Source: Macrostomum lignano (lineage: Eukaryota). Taken from it: a stretch of 64,000 bases of DNA. Position numbers and translations under genes: made by a program. Location: contig NIVC01001302.1 in assembly GCA_002269645.1 (NCBI GenBank), positions 1-64,000 on the forward strand, in the 5' to 3' direction. Under the pieces are notes generated by a model. The model saw nothing but the letters and a program-made list of their open reading frames with translations, ran no database searches and had not been told where the DNA came from. Positions 1 to 12,500 of this stretch are shown here, piece after piece. The stretch's first letter is position 1; the number at the start of each line of letters is the position of its first letter.

Positions 1-229
1 ATAATTCAGCCACTCGTGACATAATTCAGCCACTCGTGACATAATTCAGCCACTCGTGACATAATTCAGCCACTCGTGACATAACTCAGCCACTCGTGAC
101 ATAACAGCAGTGACCACTCGTGACATAACTCAGCCACTCGTGACATAATCAGCCACTCGTGACATAATTCAGCCATCGTGACATAATTCAGCCACTCGTG
201 ACATAATTCAGCCACTCGTGACATAATTC
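1..229. repeat. 20-bp minisatellite (ATAATTCAGCCACTCGTGAC)n, truncated by window start
   Basis: About 11 tandem copies read directly. Confidence 0.97.
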
Positions 230-1044
230 ATCGTGTCAACTCTGAAACCACATATACAATTCTAACCATTGTTAAGGTTCCTCTCTCTCCCATTCCTTTC
301 CTCTCCCTGCCACCGGCCATATCTCCAATCTCCTCCTTCGGGTCCTTCCCTTTATCCAAAAGACAAAAGTTAGATATTAGAGTTGAGCGCGTTCTCTGGA
401 GTTTTGAAACAGAATGCTTCAATCAATCGGCTATTTCTGGCACAACCTGCTTGCTAGGCTGGCAGCAATCTCTGGCAAAGAGAATGTCTTATCATTTGCC
501 AAGTTAAATTTAGCAAGTTCAGTTTCTGTGCCCTGCTCGCACTGTTTTAAGCGATTTTAATGTGGCTCAATTTTAGGACAAATTTAGCTAGAAAGCTTTT
601 CCATGGCCAAATCCTTGATAGTTGGCTATTATTTTTAGCGTTATTTTATTACTGCTAATCAGTTATAAATATTCTGTAGATCTATATTGGCCTTTTAATG
701 CCTTAGTTACTTTAGATTTAGAGTGCATCCATAGATTGGCTGTCGGCAATGTCACAACATTCGGACATTGGATGTCAATATATTTTTAATAGTCAGTTGC
801 GACACACCGCGGAGCTGAGGGGGTGGGGGTTGGCCTCGCTTTCCCGCGTGTCGTAGCCCGCTGCGTTTATCTGTGCTGCTTAGTCTAAAAATAGTTGCAC
901 AGCCGGCCCTGCAACCCAATTTTAGCTGCAGCCAGCCTCTGCTGTACTAAAATAGACGTATACTAAACAGCTCTGTGTGGGTAGATGGCTACTATAGCTG
1001 CAATCCTGTAGAGTGTACGTGCACTTGCTAAATCACGGCGTTGC

Positions 1045-1051
1045 TATATAA
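1045..1051 (+). promoter_or_regulatory. TATA box (TATATAA) upstream of orphan ORF
   Basis: CTATATAAGC about 47 nt upstream of ATG 1098. Confidence 0.5.
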
Positions 1052-1097
1052 GCAGCAGCTGTAGTCTTCTAGCTGGATAGTTGAAGGAAACCGAATC

Positions 1098-1709
1098 ATG
1101 GACCGGTATAGCGCTCTCCAGTCTGGCCGTCAGCTGCTGTGCCAGGTGGCTTACCTGTTCTACCTCAGCGACCCGTCGGATGCGGTGGCTGGCGAGGCCG
1201 TGCAGCACTGGATGACGGAGCTGCTGGCCAGACGGGATGCCGATGCTTCGCTGACCGCAATGCGCTTCTGCTCAGCTCAGACCGACGCACTCGGAGTCCG
1301 GTGTGTGCAAGAGATCGAACTGCTGGACGCTCAACGCGTTGATATCGACAATGACGACGACAATTGCACGCGCTGTCTGGACTCTGACAGCGACGAGAGC
1401 GAGGAACAATCCACGCTGACCCGCGTGACGGCTGACTCCACTCGCTGCTTTTTATGGTTCGTGTTCGAGTCGGACTCGCTCAGCTACAAGGTTGGCCTGC
1501 TGTTCTGCGGGGACTCCGGCCGCTGGGTGCAGTTCTCGATTGAGAAGGCAACGATCGCTGTTGGACACGCGTCCGGGACGCTAGTGGGCCCGGAGTCTGC
1601 AGCAGCAGGCGGTTCGACTGCACTGCCTGCTGAGCGAGCTGCGACAGTCGCTGTGGTTGGCAGCTCGAATCTTGAAACCAAAGTAGCTCTGCTTGCTGCA
1701 CGAGTGTAG
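1098..1709 (+). CDS. Intronless 203-aa hypothetical protein
   Basis: Non-repetitive GC-rich ORF in AT-rich flanks; TATA box upstream; acidic central stretch (DNDDDNCTRCLDSDSDESEE). No family recognised. Confidence 0.5.
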   Translation: MDRYSALQSGRQLLCQVAYLFYLSDPSDAVAGEAVQHWMTELLARRDADASLTAMRFCSAQTDALGVRCVQEIELLDAQRVDIDNDDDNCTRCLDSDSDESEEQSTLTRVTADSTRCFLWFVFESDSLSYKVGLLFCGDSGRWVQFSIEKATIAVGHASGTLVGPESAAAGGSTALPAERAATVAVVGSSNLETKVALLAARV

Positions 1710-2582
1710 TAAAGAGGCGTTACTGCATCAAATGTACTTTACAGTCACTGGCATCTGAAATCACCTTGGAATTATTTTACGTATTACATGTAACGCCTTA
1801 TTAGTTACTACCAGTGCTACCTGAGTATCGTTACCGGGAATCGTAATTACCTCCTACGTATACATAATGATTTATAATGTAATTTGAATGTGCCCTTAAT
1901 TTTTACGCGCTTTCATGCATTCAGCAACGATTTTTGATAGACTAACAATGGTACAATTGTTAAATATGATTGATTTTGTATTCCCGATTTGCAATGATTT
2001 ACCTCGTTCAAAATTTTTTACGTACAAATTTGTTTGCGTCTTTTTCTCCACGCATTGCGTCTATAATTAAACTATATGAAAGTATAAGTGGAACTTTCTT
2101 TAATTTTGTCCTGCATTGAAATAACAAAAAAAAACAGAAAAATACCGTTTGAAATTGAGCTCAAGAGCATTAATTCGTTCTGGAAACTTTTATTAGTTTC
2201 ACAGGTGAAATCACATGCACATTTAGGCTAAACAAAATGCGCTGTTTAACGATAGTTTGTGGAATTGCCACGGAAATTCCATGGAACTGCCTGCACCGAC
2301 ACCGAGTGACCTTCACACATGGCCAGCTGGCTGCAAGTATCTGTAAGAAGAAATGCTAAATTGAATTAAATGGATAAGAAGTTTCGGCCCCTTGCATTAA
2401 AAAATCGCAGCATCTCACTTTCTGGACGTCGGTTTGCTATACAGGATGCTGCTCGATATTTTTTTTAAAATTCATCTCCATGAATTTTTGTGTATCAACA
2501 TCGTACATTGCTTATTTGAAGCTTTGGAAGTTCGTTAGATATTTATTTTAGGTTCGTTCGAGCACCTTTGAAATGGCTCAAA

Positions 2583-2699
2583 CAGAGACAACTAAAACCC
2601 TCGGGGACGCGAAACGAGCCAATTCATGACAAAAAATCTGAGGGGCTCGCTTAAAAGTATTGTTCTATGGCTTTTTCAAGTCTTCTCTGCTATCAGGCA
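2583..2699 (+). repeat. Left terminal inverted repeat of P-like element
   Basis: Reverse complement of 4830-4945. Confidence 0.95.
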
Positions 2700-2781
2700 A
2701 ATTAAAATTGCTTTAGCTGCGGCCAGCAGTGAAGCTAAGCTGAACTATATCAAGAGAAGCATTTTTTATTCACTTGATGAA

Positions 2782-3546
2782 ATGCCAAGAAAGTGCAGCG
2801 TATTTCCGTGCTCGTCAAATTACAACTCTGAAGCCGTTCGAACACGGACATTTGCGTTTCCCAGAGATCCACAGGAGCGAGAGCGATGGAGAAAGGCGCT
2901 GCCAAATATTCTCCAGGTAAGAAACCAGATCATTTGCTGTCATTTCTGCTGCATAATTCCGCTTCAATTCTGCATGCCAGTCTCGTCCAAACAACTTGAA
3001 ACCCAAAATTTATTATTTTAGAGAGTGACTGACAATATGGGCGTGTGCGTAAAGCATTGGCCAAGCGATGCTCCAATGGTCAAGAAAAACTCTACCGAAA
3101 GGCCAATTAATCCTCCTTCTGTTTTTAATGGAGTTCCTAGCTCGTGTTTTGTTCAGAACCAAGGTACGTAACTTAAAGATTGCTCAACACTTAGCGTCTA
3201 TATCGATTTTGCCGCTCACAATTATCTTACTTTTATTTTTACTCTTATTTTAGACCAAGACCGACAGGCCGAAAAGCGCGGTGTTCTTTCTGACGCGAGG
3301 TGCAGCGACATCGATGAGATGGACGCTTTTCAGCTGCTTGATTTTTTGCCGGCATGGGAAAGTTTTCGAGCTGAGGTGAAAAATTCGGATGTCGTATCTC
3401 GATATGCACTGAACACAGCTATTCTGAACGAAGACGTTTACTTGTTTACGTTAGATAAAGATGGAGACCTGTCTGTTCGAATTTTTGTCTCACCCAACTT
3501 TCTGATTCGTGCATTCAAACTGCATACACCGATTTCAAAACCATAG
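2782..3546 (+). CDS. Spliced THAP-domain protein (189 aa), N-terminal part of P transposase
   Basis: Exons 2782-2916, 3022-3163, 3254-3546 with GT-AG introns join in frame: MPRKCSVFPC...FAFPRDPQERERWRKALPNILQ|RVTDNMGVCVKHW...PPSVF (C2CH THAP signature plus AVPTIF-like box). Confidence 0.8.
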
Positions 3547-4501
3547 TGAGATTCTGGAAAATTGTCAAGTGTAAAAATCCTGGTCTACACGCACGACTAC
3601 GGGATCCGGACAGGCGACCAGTCTATTCCGTTCAAGATGAAAGCATACAATTTCTTAGCGCGCTCGCGGATTCGTTTGATTCGACACATTGTGGAAAAGG
3701 CCGAGCTCGCCATCATTCATTGACGCCCGAGACCAAGTCAGCGCTAGTAAACTCACTGCGCGGAGCCTGTGAGATGTGTGAGTTTCTTTTGTCCGACCCA
3801 CGAATCAGCTACGTTCTGGCTGGCTGGCTGGCGTATATCGCCAAATGAGCGGCGGCAACTACTATGTATCTGTGGAGCAAGTGCTGCTCAGTGCTCGACT
3901 CCGACAAATGAAATTATTCGCATCCCTTGAATTAGCAGACTACAAGCACGATCGGAGCAAATGTTGCAATGAACAGCTGAATGAAATTGAACTGGCGACC
4001 ATTGATAATTGTGCTGCTAAATCAGAGGAGCTTTCCATTTCGGAGATGGCTTCGCTCTACTATATCGCAGGTAAGCTGGATATTAATTAAAATTTAATTC
4101 ACGAGGTTTTACACAATCTCATAAAAACAATTCAAACCGTGCTTTATTGGAAGTTGACAGGTTATACAGCGACTAAAGAAGGCATCAAAGGAACAGATTT
4201 GATATCAGAGACGAGCATTCCAGCCAGTGAATTCACTAAAGAGTTATCTCGCGGAAAGCTTTGTCATCCTCCACAATGGCTGTTAGACTTATCCTGTCTC
4301 TGCTACAGCAGTTTTATTCTGCACTCTCCTACGTGCGCAACTCGCGTGCAGAAGCTGTTTTATGTTATTAAGGACTTTTACTTTCCAACTAAGACACAGT
4401 TCAGCATGGACAGTGTGTCCCGTCGGCTAGCCAACGTTTTTTTTCAAAGGACTAGTAAGACGCTCGTCAAAACTCCCACCAATACCGACGACATCCCATG
4501 A
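3546..4501 (+). pseudogene. Disconnected C-terminal remnant of P transposase
   Basis: RFWKIVKCKNPG...RDP, LTPETKSAL...YVLAG, then frameshift to GVYRQMSGGNYYVSVEQV, LYYIAG|Y across intron 4071-4160. Out of frame with the THAP ORF; the SDPxE segment expected between YVLAG and GxYRQ is missing. Confidence 0.8.
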
Positions 4502-4829
4502 TAGAAAGCTTCGGAAGTTAGATGCTCAGTAGGTGAAGTTCCAGCGTTTCCTTTATGTACGAGCTACTGACTGTTTGTGTCGTCTTGTCCTTGGAGTTCC
4601 GTATTTGCTTCTATCTTCTTGCCGTTGGAGTTTCATCTTCGCTTTCATCCTTTATCTTCTTGCCGTTGGAGTTTCATCTTCGCTTTCATCTTTTATCTTC
4701 TTGCCGTTGGGTTTTTTGTTGATATGGCGGTTACTTTATTGTAAATACATTGTAATTATATCACTGGTTCCTATTCCTTAAATTAAATACTCGACATTGC
4801 CTCGCTTTACTATTTAATCTAACCGTTAA

Positions 4830-4945
4830 TGCCTGATAGCAGAGAAGACTTGAAAAAGCCATAGAACAATACTTTTAAGCGAGCCCCTCAGATTTTTTGC
4901 CATGAATTGGCTCGTTTCGCGTCCCGAGGGTTTTAGTTGTCCCTG
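4830..4945 (-). repeat. Right terminal inverted repeat of P-like element
   Basis: Reverse complement of 2583-2699. Confidence 0.95.
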
Positions 4946-5439
4946 GGCTCAAAATAACTTTTCACATGTGTATATAAATAACGTTAATGAGCCATGAAAG
5001 AACTGTTTAAAATATATTTTTAATCTTGGTATTAAAAAGCATATCAACTTTAATTAGTTAGGTGAAATGTATCATTCCAGTCCGCCTGAACATTAACGGA
5101 CTCGCAACAATTTAAAGTTTTCGGTGGTTTTCGATTTTATTGAATAGATTTAATTATTATTGTGAAACTAGCAAGGATTATGATTTCGAGATACATTTGA
5201 TGAGCAAGACGAGGGTGGTGGGTTTGGGTGTTGCCAAGCGCAAAGGAATCAAGTGGGATAGAATGCTCACATTACTAAATAAAATATCTAATTTCTATCG
5301 AATAATTTATGTCTTCTTTTTTGCACTTATTCCTATTCTTAGGGGCGTCGCCATGGATTCTATAGTGGGGGGGGGCAAAGCCAAGAATTCAACATGTACG
5401 TACATTATTTTCAAAATCGGTTTTGTCAGCGCTCATTTC

Positions 5440-5860
5440 AGCGCCGCAGGCACTCATTTTGGCGCTACAGGCACTCATTTTGGCGCTACAGGAACTCATT
5501 TTGGCGCCGCAGGCACTCATTTTGGCGCTACAGGCACTCATTTTGGCGCTACAGGCACTCATTTTGGCGCTATACAGGCACTCATTTTGGCGCTATACAG
5601 GCACTCATTTTGGCGCTACAGGCACTCATTTTGGCGCTATACAGGCACTCATTTCAGCGCCGCAGGCACTCATTTTGGCGCTACAGGCACTAATTTCAGC
5701 GCCGCAGGCACTCATTTTGGCGCTACAGGCACTCATTTTGGCGCTACAGGCACTCATTTTGGCGCTATACAGGCACTCATTTTGGCGCTACAGGCACTCA
5801 TTTTGGCGCTATACAGGCACTCATTTTGGCGCTACAGGCACTCATTTTGGCGCCGCAGGC
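5440..5860. repeat. 21-bp minisatellite (GGCACTCATTTTGGCGCTACA)n
   Basis: About 19 copies; source of overlapping ORFs 5140-6019. Confidence 0.95.
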
Positions 5861-6915
5861 GCTATATTTATTCACTCTGAATCAATTATTGATTTTCCAC
5901 AACGGGTCACAAGGTTGGCCTGCATAGGCCTTGCTAGGGGTCATGCTAGGGGTTGGGGGACAAAGCACTGTCTGAGTTCGGAATTCGTTTGCTTAATTTT
6001 CTGGTTTGAATATCCTTGATTAATCTGCAAAGTTAGTTATATTGATTCATTAATTCATTCAACCAATTAATTTAAAAAAAAATTATTAATTATTAAATTA
6101 ATTATTGAACAAAATTTACTATATTGGTAATGCAATTTACTTCCATAACTAGCTAATTTTAATTTCAACAGTCTGTTCTCGCCTGTACTTATTGCTCCTC
6201 TGTACCTTTTCATTATTATTAATATTATTTACGAGTGTATTATTGTTTTATCGTGACTATTGTTAATAACTATTTTTAGTAGCTTTTGCGACACGACAAA
6301 CATGCGTTTCTTACCTGCTCTCTAAGAAATTCGTCCTTCTATTTAAAAAAGTAATTAAAAGGGCGCATGCAAGCTATTCGGGTCACCTGTTTTGTGTATT
6401 CTTTTTGGCATGACAGAACTTTTCCTTGTGAATTACAAAAATGTGTCAATTCTACTACTGACCAGACGTTGTTAGTAGATTAAACGTATTTTAAGCTTCT
6501 TTAGAACAGTCTTTTTAGCTTTCATTTATAAGTACACTGAGTAAGTACTCTCGCTGAGACATCTATCCATTGTGCGACTTTCAGCGCACATCCGTTTTCA
6601 TTAGTGTGCGCTCACACATCTCCACTGACTGAATGGTTGGTACAGCTCAATCCAACAATTTGTTAAGAAGCAATTTTCAATTTGCCCCCAGGACATTTAA
6701 ATTTGACTCCTTTTCTATTTCACACCATTGTGTCCGTGCAAAATAACAATCTTGATTTGCTGTTTTTAAAAGGAGTTTTATGGCAAAGGTGCAATATAAT
6801 TAACTCTGTCAATTTCTAACTTTATGAGCTCAATGATTTTGTAAGTGTTCCAAAGATTTTAAATACTTGCTGTGTATGAGTTTGTTAGAAAGTCTTTGAG
6901 TTGGTCATAGTGTGT

Positions 6916-7810
6916 CTGAGTTGATCACACGGTGTCTGAGTTGGTCACACGGTGTCTGAGTTGATCACACGGTGTCTGAGTTGGTCACACGGTGTCTGAG
7001 TTGATCACACGGTGTCTGAGTTGATCACACGGTGTCTGAGTTGGTCACACGGTGTCTGAGTTGATCACACGGTGTCTGAGTTGGTCACACGGTGTCTGAG
7101 TTGATCACACGGTGTCTGAGTTGATCACACGGTGTCTGAGTTGGTCACACGGTGTCTGAGTTGATCACACGGTGTCTGAGTTGGTCACACGGTGTCTGAG
7201 TTGATCACACGGTGTCTGAGTTGGTCACACGGTGTCTGAGTTGATCACACGGTGTCTGAGTTGATCACACGGTGTCTGAGTTGGTCACACGGTGTCTGAG
7301 TTGATCACACGGTGTCTGAGTTGGTCACACGGTGTCTGAGTTGATCACACGGTGTCTGAGTTGATCACACGGTGTCTGAGTTGGTCACACGGTGTCTGAG
7401 TTGATCACACGGTGTCTGAGTTGGTCACACGGTGTCTGAGTTGATCACACGGTGTCTGAGTTGATCACACGGTGTCTGAGTTGGTCACACGGTGTCTGAG
7501 TTGATCACACGGTGTCTGAGTTGATCACACGGTGTCTGAGTTGGTCACACGGTGTCTGAGTTGATCACACGGTGTCTGAGTTGGTCATAGTGTGTCTGAG
7601 TTGGTCACACGGTGTCTGAGTTGGTCACACGGTGTCTGAGTTGATCACACGGTGTCTGAGTTGGTCATAGTGTGTCTGAGTTGGTCATAGTGTGTCTGAG
7701 TTGGTCACACGGTGTCTGAGTTGGTCACACGGTGTCTGAGTTGGTCATAGTGTGTCTGAGTTGGTCACACGGTGTCTGAGTTGGTTAAACTGTTTCTGAG
7801 TTGGTCACAT
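6916..7810. repeat. 20-bp minisatellite (GTCTGAGTTG[G/A]TCACACGGT)n
   Basis: About 44 near-identical copies. Confidence 0.97.
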
Positions 7811-8117
7811 TGTGTCGAGTAGAACTGGGTGAGATATCACTTCTATGACATGTATGTTTTTCCTATTCCGATAAAACATGTCTGTCAGCCATGTTTGAGC
7901 CAGTCTGTGCTCAAAGTCTATGAAATGGTCTGCGAGTTCGTACACTTACGCAGTGTCCCTAGCCAGGTGTATGGCTATTCAAGGTGCAAACCCAAGATAA
8001 AAAGCCTACACACCTACAAACTCCAGTCTGTTAAAATGGAGATCACTTTGACAGAAACTTTTTTTGCACAAAAGCTTCACTTCACCAGCTAGTAAAGTAC
8101 ATTTTAAATCTGTTGAA

Positions 8118-8320
8118 ATGAACCGCCATTCATTTTCGGACAAGAAATTTCTGTCGTGGTCTGAAGTGGAAGCTGGTAGAATGAGAGCCCGGCTGCAGTG
8201 GCGCAGAAGACCTCTTGGTGAAGTAGAACTGCCTGATTCTGTCCCGACTGAGCTGGAAGAGAGCGAAATGGCGGCGACTGCGGCTGCGTCCGTTTCTTCG
8301 TGTCTATCAATTCATTGTCA
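8118..8320 (+). other. Possible upstream exon of the 9518-13880 gene
   Basis: GC-rich open stretch MNRHSFSDKK... ending at a consensus donor GTAAGT (8321); I could not join it convincingly in frame to the next exon. Confidence 0.3.
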
Positions 8321-8454
8321 GTAAGTGAGTATAGTAGTACATGCAGCTTTTTTGCTATTGTTATGTGGCTGCTTCAGCTTTGAAGGAATTAGATTGTCTG
8401 CTTCAGCTGTTCGTGTGTTTGAATAGGTCAGATAGATTGAATTAGACAAATGGA

Positions 8455-9030
8455 TCTAGAAGTAGACAGATAGATCTAGGAGTAGACAGAAAGATCTAGA
8501 AGTACACAGATAAATCTAGAAGTAGACGGATAGATCTATTATAGAAGTGGACAGGTAGATCAGATCTAGAAGTGGACAGGTAGATCAGATCTAGGAGTAG
8601 ACAGAAAGATCTAGAAGTACACAGATAAATCTAGAAGTAGACGGATAGATCTATTATAGAAGTGGACAGGTAGATCAGATCTAGAAGTGGACAGGTAGAT
8701 CAGATCTAGAAGTGGACAGGTAGATCAGATCTAGAAGTGGACAGGTAGATCAGATCTAGAAGTGGACAGGTAGATCAGATCTAGAAGTGGACAGGTAGAT
8801 CAGATCTAGAAGTGGACAGGTAGATCAGATCTAGAAGTGGACAGGTAGATCAGATCTAGAAGTGGACAGGTAGATCAGATCTAGAAGTGGACAGGTAGAT
8901 CAGATCTAGAAGTGGACAGGTAGATCAGATCTAGAAGTGGACAGGTAGATCAGATCTAGAAGTGGACAGGTAGATCAGATCTAGAAGTGGACAGATAGAT
9001 CTAGAGGTAGATAAGTAGATCTAGAAGTAG
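8455..9030. repeat. 25-bp minisatellite (AGATCTAGAAGTGGACAGGTAGATC)n
   Basis: Tandem copies read directly. Confidence 0.95.
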
Positions 9031-9517
9031 ACTGACAACTGCCAGGAGTAGATAGATAAGTATACCCAATTAGGATGAGCAGTAGACAGAGCGGCGGAAT
9101 TAGACAATTCAATTCAATTGTCGGAATTAGAGAGCTCAAATTCCTCTGATTTGGCAAGCGCGCACCAAAAAATCCTGCGGGCCATCTACATGTAGCTACT
9201 CAAGTTGAATAGAAAGTCAGGTCAAATCTTATCATCGTCAAAACCCCCAGTCGGTCAGATGACTTGCTCAACTGCAGACAGCAATTAGGAGGCTTCGGTC
9301 AGTCTGCCGATGAGCTTGACTTAATTGTCCGTTGAATTGTCCAAATTAATCGTTAATTTAATTGCCAAAGAGTTATTTTTACATGCGGCAATAAAATCTG
9401 AGATAAGGAAGCCCAAATGGCTCTTTAAATAATGGATGAGTGCGAAGGCCCCCGGCTAGATAAGTGGCCAAAATTAGCTTGCTCAAAAATCGTCTTACGA
9501 GCGAGCCAAGCTGAACA

Positions 9518-12500
9518 ATGGAATCTGTTTGCGGCCTGACTGTGAGGCGGGTCACAAAGCCGCGGCAGAGACAGTCCGGAACCGCGGCGACTGCGGCCAG
9601 CCCGCCGACACCGCCAGCAACGCCGGCGGCTCCAGCGTACAGTCTACAAAGCATCCGCAAGGAGTTGAAGCGCTTCTTTCGCACCAGTGGGAAGCAGCAG
9701 CATCGGAGGATGCGGCTCTCAAAACTGACGAGTGATCTCAGCGGCTGGGAGCAGCACCAGCTGCCAGATATTCAACGGGGTGGAGGTCTGAGACTGGAGC
9801 CGACTGATGCAGTTCAAGTTGCGGCTGAACTAGCTGCCAAGGTGGAGGCTGGCGAAGTCAACAGAGAGAAGGTTATTGAGCAACGGTGAGGGATCACAGT
9901 GGGATTCGGGACTCGGTGAGGGATCACAGTGGGATTCGGGACTCGGTGAGGGATCACAGTGGGATTCGGGACTCGTTGAGGGATCACACTGGGATTCGGG
10001 GCTCGGTGAGGGATCACAGTGGGTTTTTGGGATTCGGTGAGGGGTCACAGTGGGATTCGGGACTCGGTGAGGGATCACAGTGGGATTCGGGACTCGTTGA
10101 GGGATCACAGTGGGATTCGGGACTCGTTGAGGGATCACAGTAGGTTTTTGGGACTCGGTGAGGGTCGCAGTGGGATTCGGGACTCGGTGAGGGATCACAG
10201 TGGGTTTTTGGGACTCGGTGAGGGATCACAGTGGGATTCGGGACTCGATGAGGGATCATAGTGGGATTCGGGACTCGATTCGGATCACAGTGGTTTTTGG
10301 GACTCGGTGAGGGGTCACAGTGGGATTCGGGACTCGGTGAGGGATCACAGTGGGTTTTTGGGACTCGGTGAGGGATCACAGTGGGATTCGGGACTCGGTG
10401 AGGGATCATAGTAGGATTCAGGACTCTGTGTGAGATGAAATTGGGATTTAGGATTCAGTATAAGAGATTAAATTAGATCCAGTACTAACGACAGACATAA
10501 TTAAGTCACGGTTACCTGGAGCGCGTGAATATACAGAATGGAGTGTCAAAATCACTAACCAAATTGGCTTCAGTTTGCAATACAATAAATGCTATAAAAT
10601 ACAGGTTACTGTTAGCTTCATTAGCATCATCAGGCCAGGCAAATCGCTACTAACAATGGGCTCCCAAGTCCAACTTCTTCAAACTGCAAACGCGTGTGCA
10701 AAAGTGCCGCCAATACCTGTGAATAGAATAGATGCTTGAGCAGCGTTGATGCTATAGCAAATATAATCATATTATAGAATATAATTGACAATGACGATAC
10801 ACTCTTCAGGAAGAAACTCATATTAGGCTATTGTTGTGCACTGCAAATATAGTTTAGAACCCTTCCCAGCGCAATGCTTAACTTCCTCTTACATGAATTT
10901 ATGCCTTCTACATCATACAGTGTATAAACATTGCATTCAGCTAGCTAACTCAAACACCAGAAATTCTGCAGTGACCATGCCTCTAGAAGCAGCTTGGTGC
11001 AGACTCGCCATCGGGTTCAATAACCATCATCAATTTTGCAGAGATGCTCAAGCGGCTGGGCGAATTTCTTCGGCAGAGGACCAGCCGATTGTGGGATACC
11101 GACTCGCACTGCATCAGTGAGGCTGCTCTGTAGAATATGAGACTGTTTATATTTATGAAAAGTTGTCCTGATTGACTGATCTGCTCTCACCTGTCTCAGT
11201 GTCTGACTGATCTGCACTCACCTGTCTGTGTGTCTGACTGATCTGCACTCACCTGTCTGTGTGTCTGACTGATCTGCTCTCATCTGACTCACCTGTGTCT
11301 GACTGATCTGCTCTCATATGACTCACCTGTGTCTGACTGATCTGCTCTCATCTGACTCACCTGTATCTGACTGATCTACTCTCATCTGCGTGTCTGACTG
11401 ATCTGCTCTCACCTGTCTGTGTGTCTGACTGATCTGCACTCACCTGTGTGTGTCTGACTGATCTGCTCTCACCTGTGTCTGACTGATCTGCACTCACCTG
11501 TCTGTGTGTCTGACTGATCTGCTCTCATATGACTCACCTGTGTCTGACTGATCTGCACTCACCTGTCTGTGTGTCTGACTGATCTGCTCTCATATGACTC
11601 ACCTGTGTCTGACTGATCTGCTCTCATCTGACTCACCTGTATCTGACTGATCTGCTCTCATATGACTCACCTGTGTCTGACTGATCTGCTCTCATCTGAC
11701 TCACCTGTATCTGACTGATCTACTCTCACCTGCGTGTCTGACTGATCTGCTCTCACCTGTCTGTGTGTCTGACTGATCTGCTCTCATATGACTCACCTGT
11801 GTCTGACTGATCTGCTCTCATCTGACTCACCTGTATCTGACTGATCTACTCTCACCTGCGTGTCTGACTGATCTGCTCTCACCTGTCTGTGTCTGACTGA
11901 TCTGCTCTCACCTGTCTGTGTGTCTGACTGATCTGCTCTCACCTGCGTGTCTGACTGATCTGCTCTCACCTGTCTGTGTCTGACTGATCTACTCTCACCT
12001 GTCTGTGTGTCTGACTGATCTGCTCTCACCTGTCTGTGTGTCTGACTGATCTGCTCTCATATGACTCACCTATATCTGACTGATCTACTCTCACCTGTCT
12101 GTGTGTCTGACTGATCTGCTCTCACCTGCGTGTCTGACTGATCTACTCTCACCTGTCTGTGTGTCTTTCAGATCTGCTCTCACCTGTCTGTCTGTGTGTC
12201 TGACTGATCTACTCTCCTGTCTGTGCGTCTTTCAGATCTGCTCTCACCTGTCTGTGCGTCTTTCAGATCTGCTCTCACCTGTCTGTGCGTCTTTCAGATC
12301 TGCTCTCACCTGTCTGTGCGTCTTTCAGATCTGCTCTCACCTGTCTGTCTGTGTGTCTGACTGATCTACTCTCACCTGTCTGTGTGTCTGACTGATCTAC
12401 TCTCATGTCTGTGTGTCTGACTGGTCTGCTCTCAACTGTGTGTCCGACCGTGAAGTCATCCTGAAACTGATCTTCCCCATTCCCTTACAGAACCTCGCCC

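Larger units (their letters stand above)
2583..4945 (+). mobile_element. P-superfamily DNA transposon, internally deleted (non-autonomous)
   Basis: TIRs 2583-2699 and 4830-4945 (CAG[A/G]GACAACTAAAACCC..., 2 mismatches + 1 indel); identical 8-bp flanking TSD GGCTCAAA at 2575-2582 and 4946-4953; THAP domain and P-transposase C-terminal remnants inside. Confidence 0.95.

Noticed and set aside
5340-5400. AGGGGCGTCGCC...GGGGGGGC MITE-like terminus
   Set aside because: No matching inverted end or TSD found.
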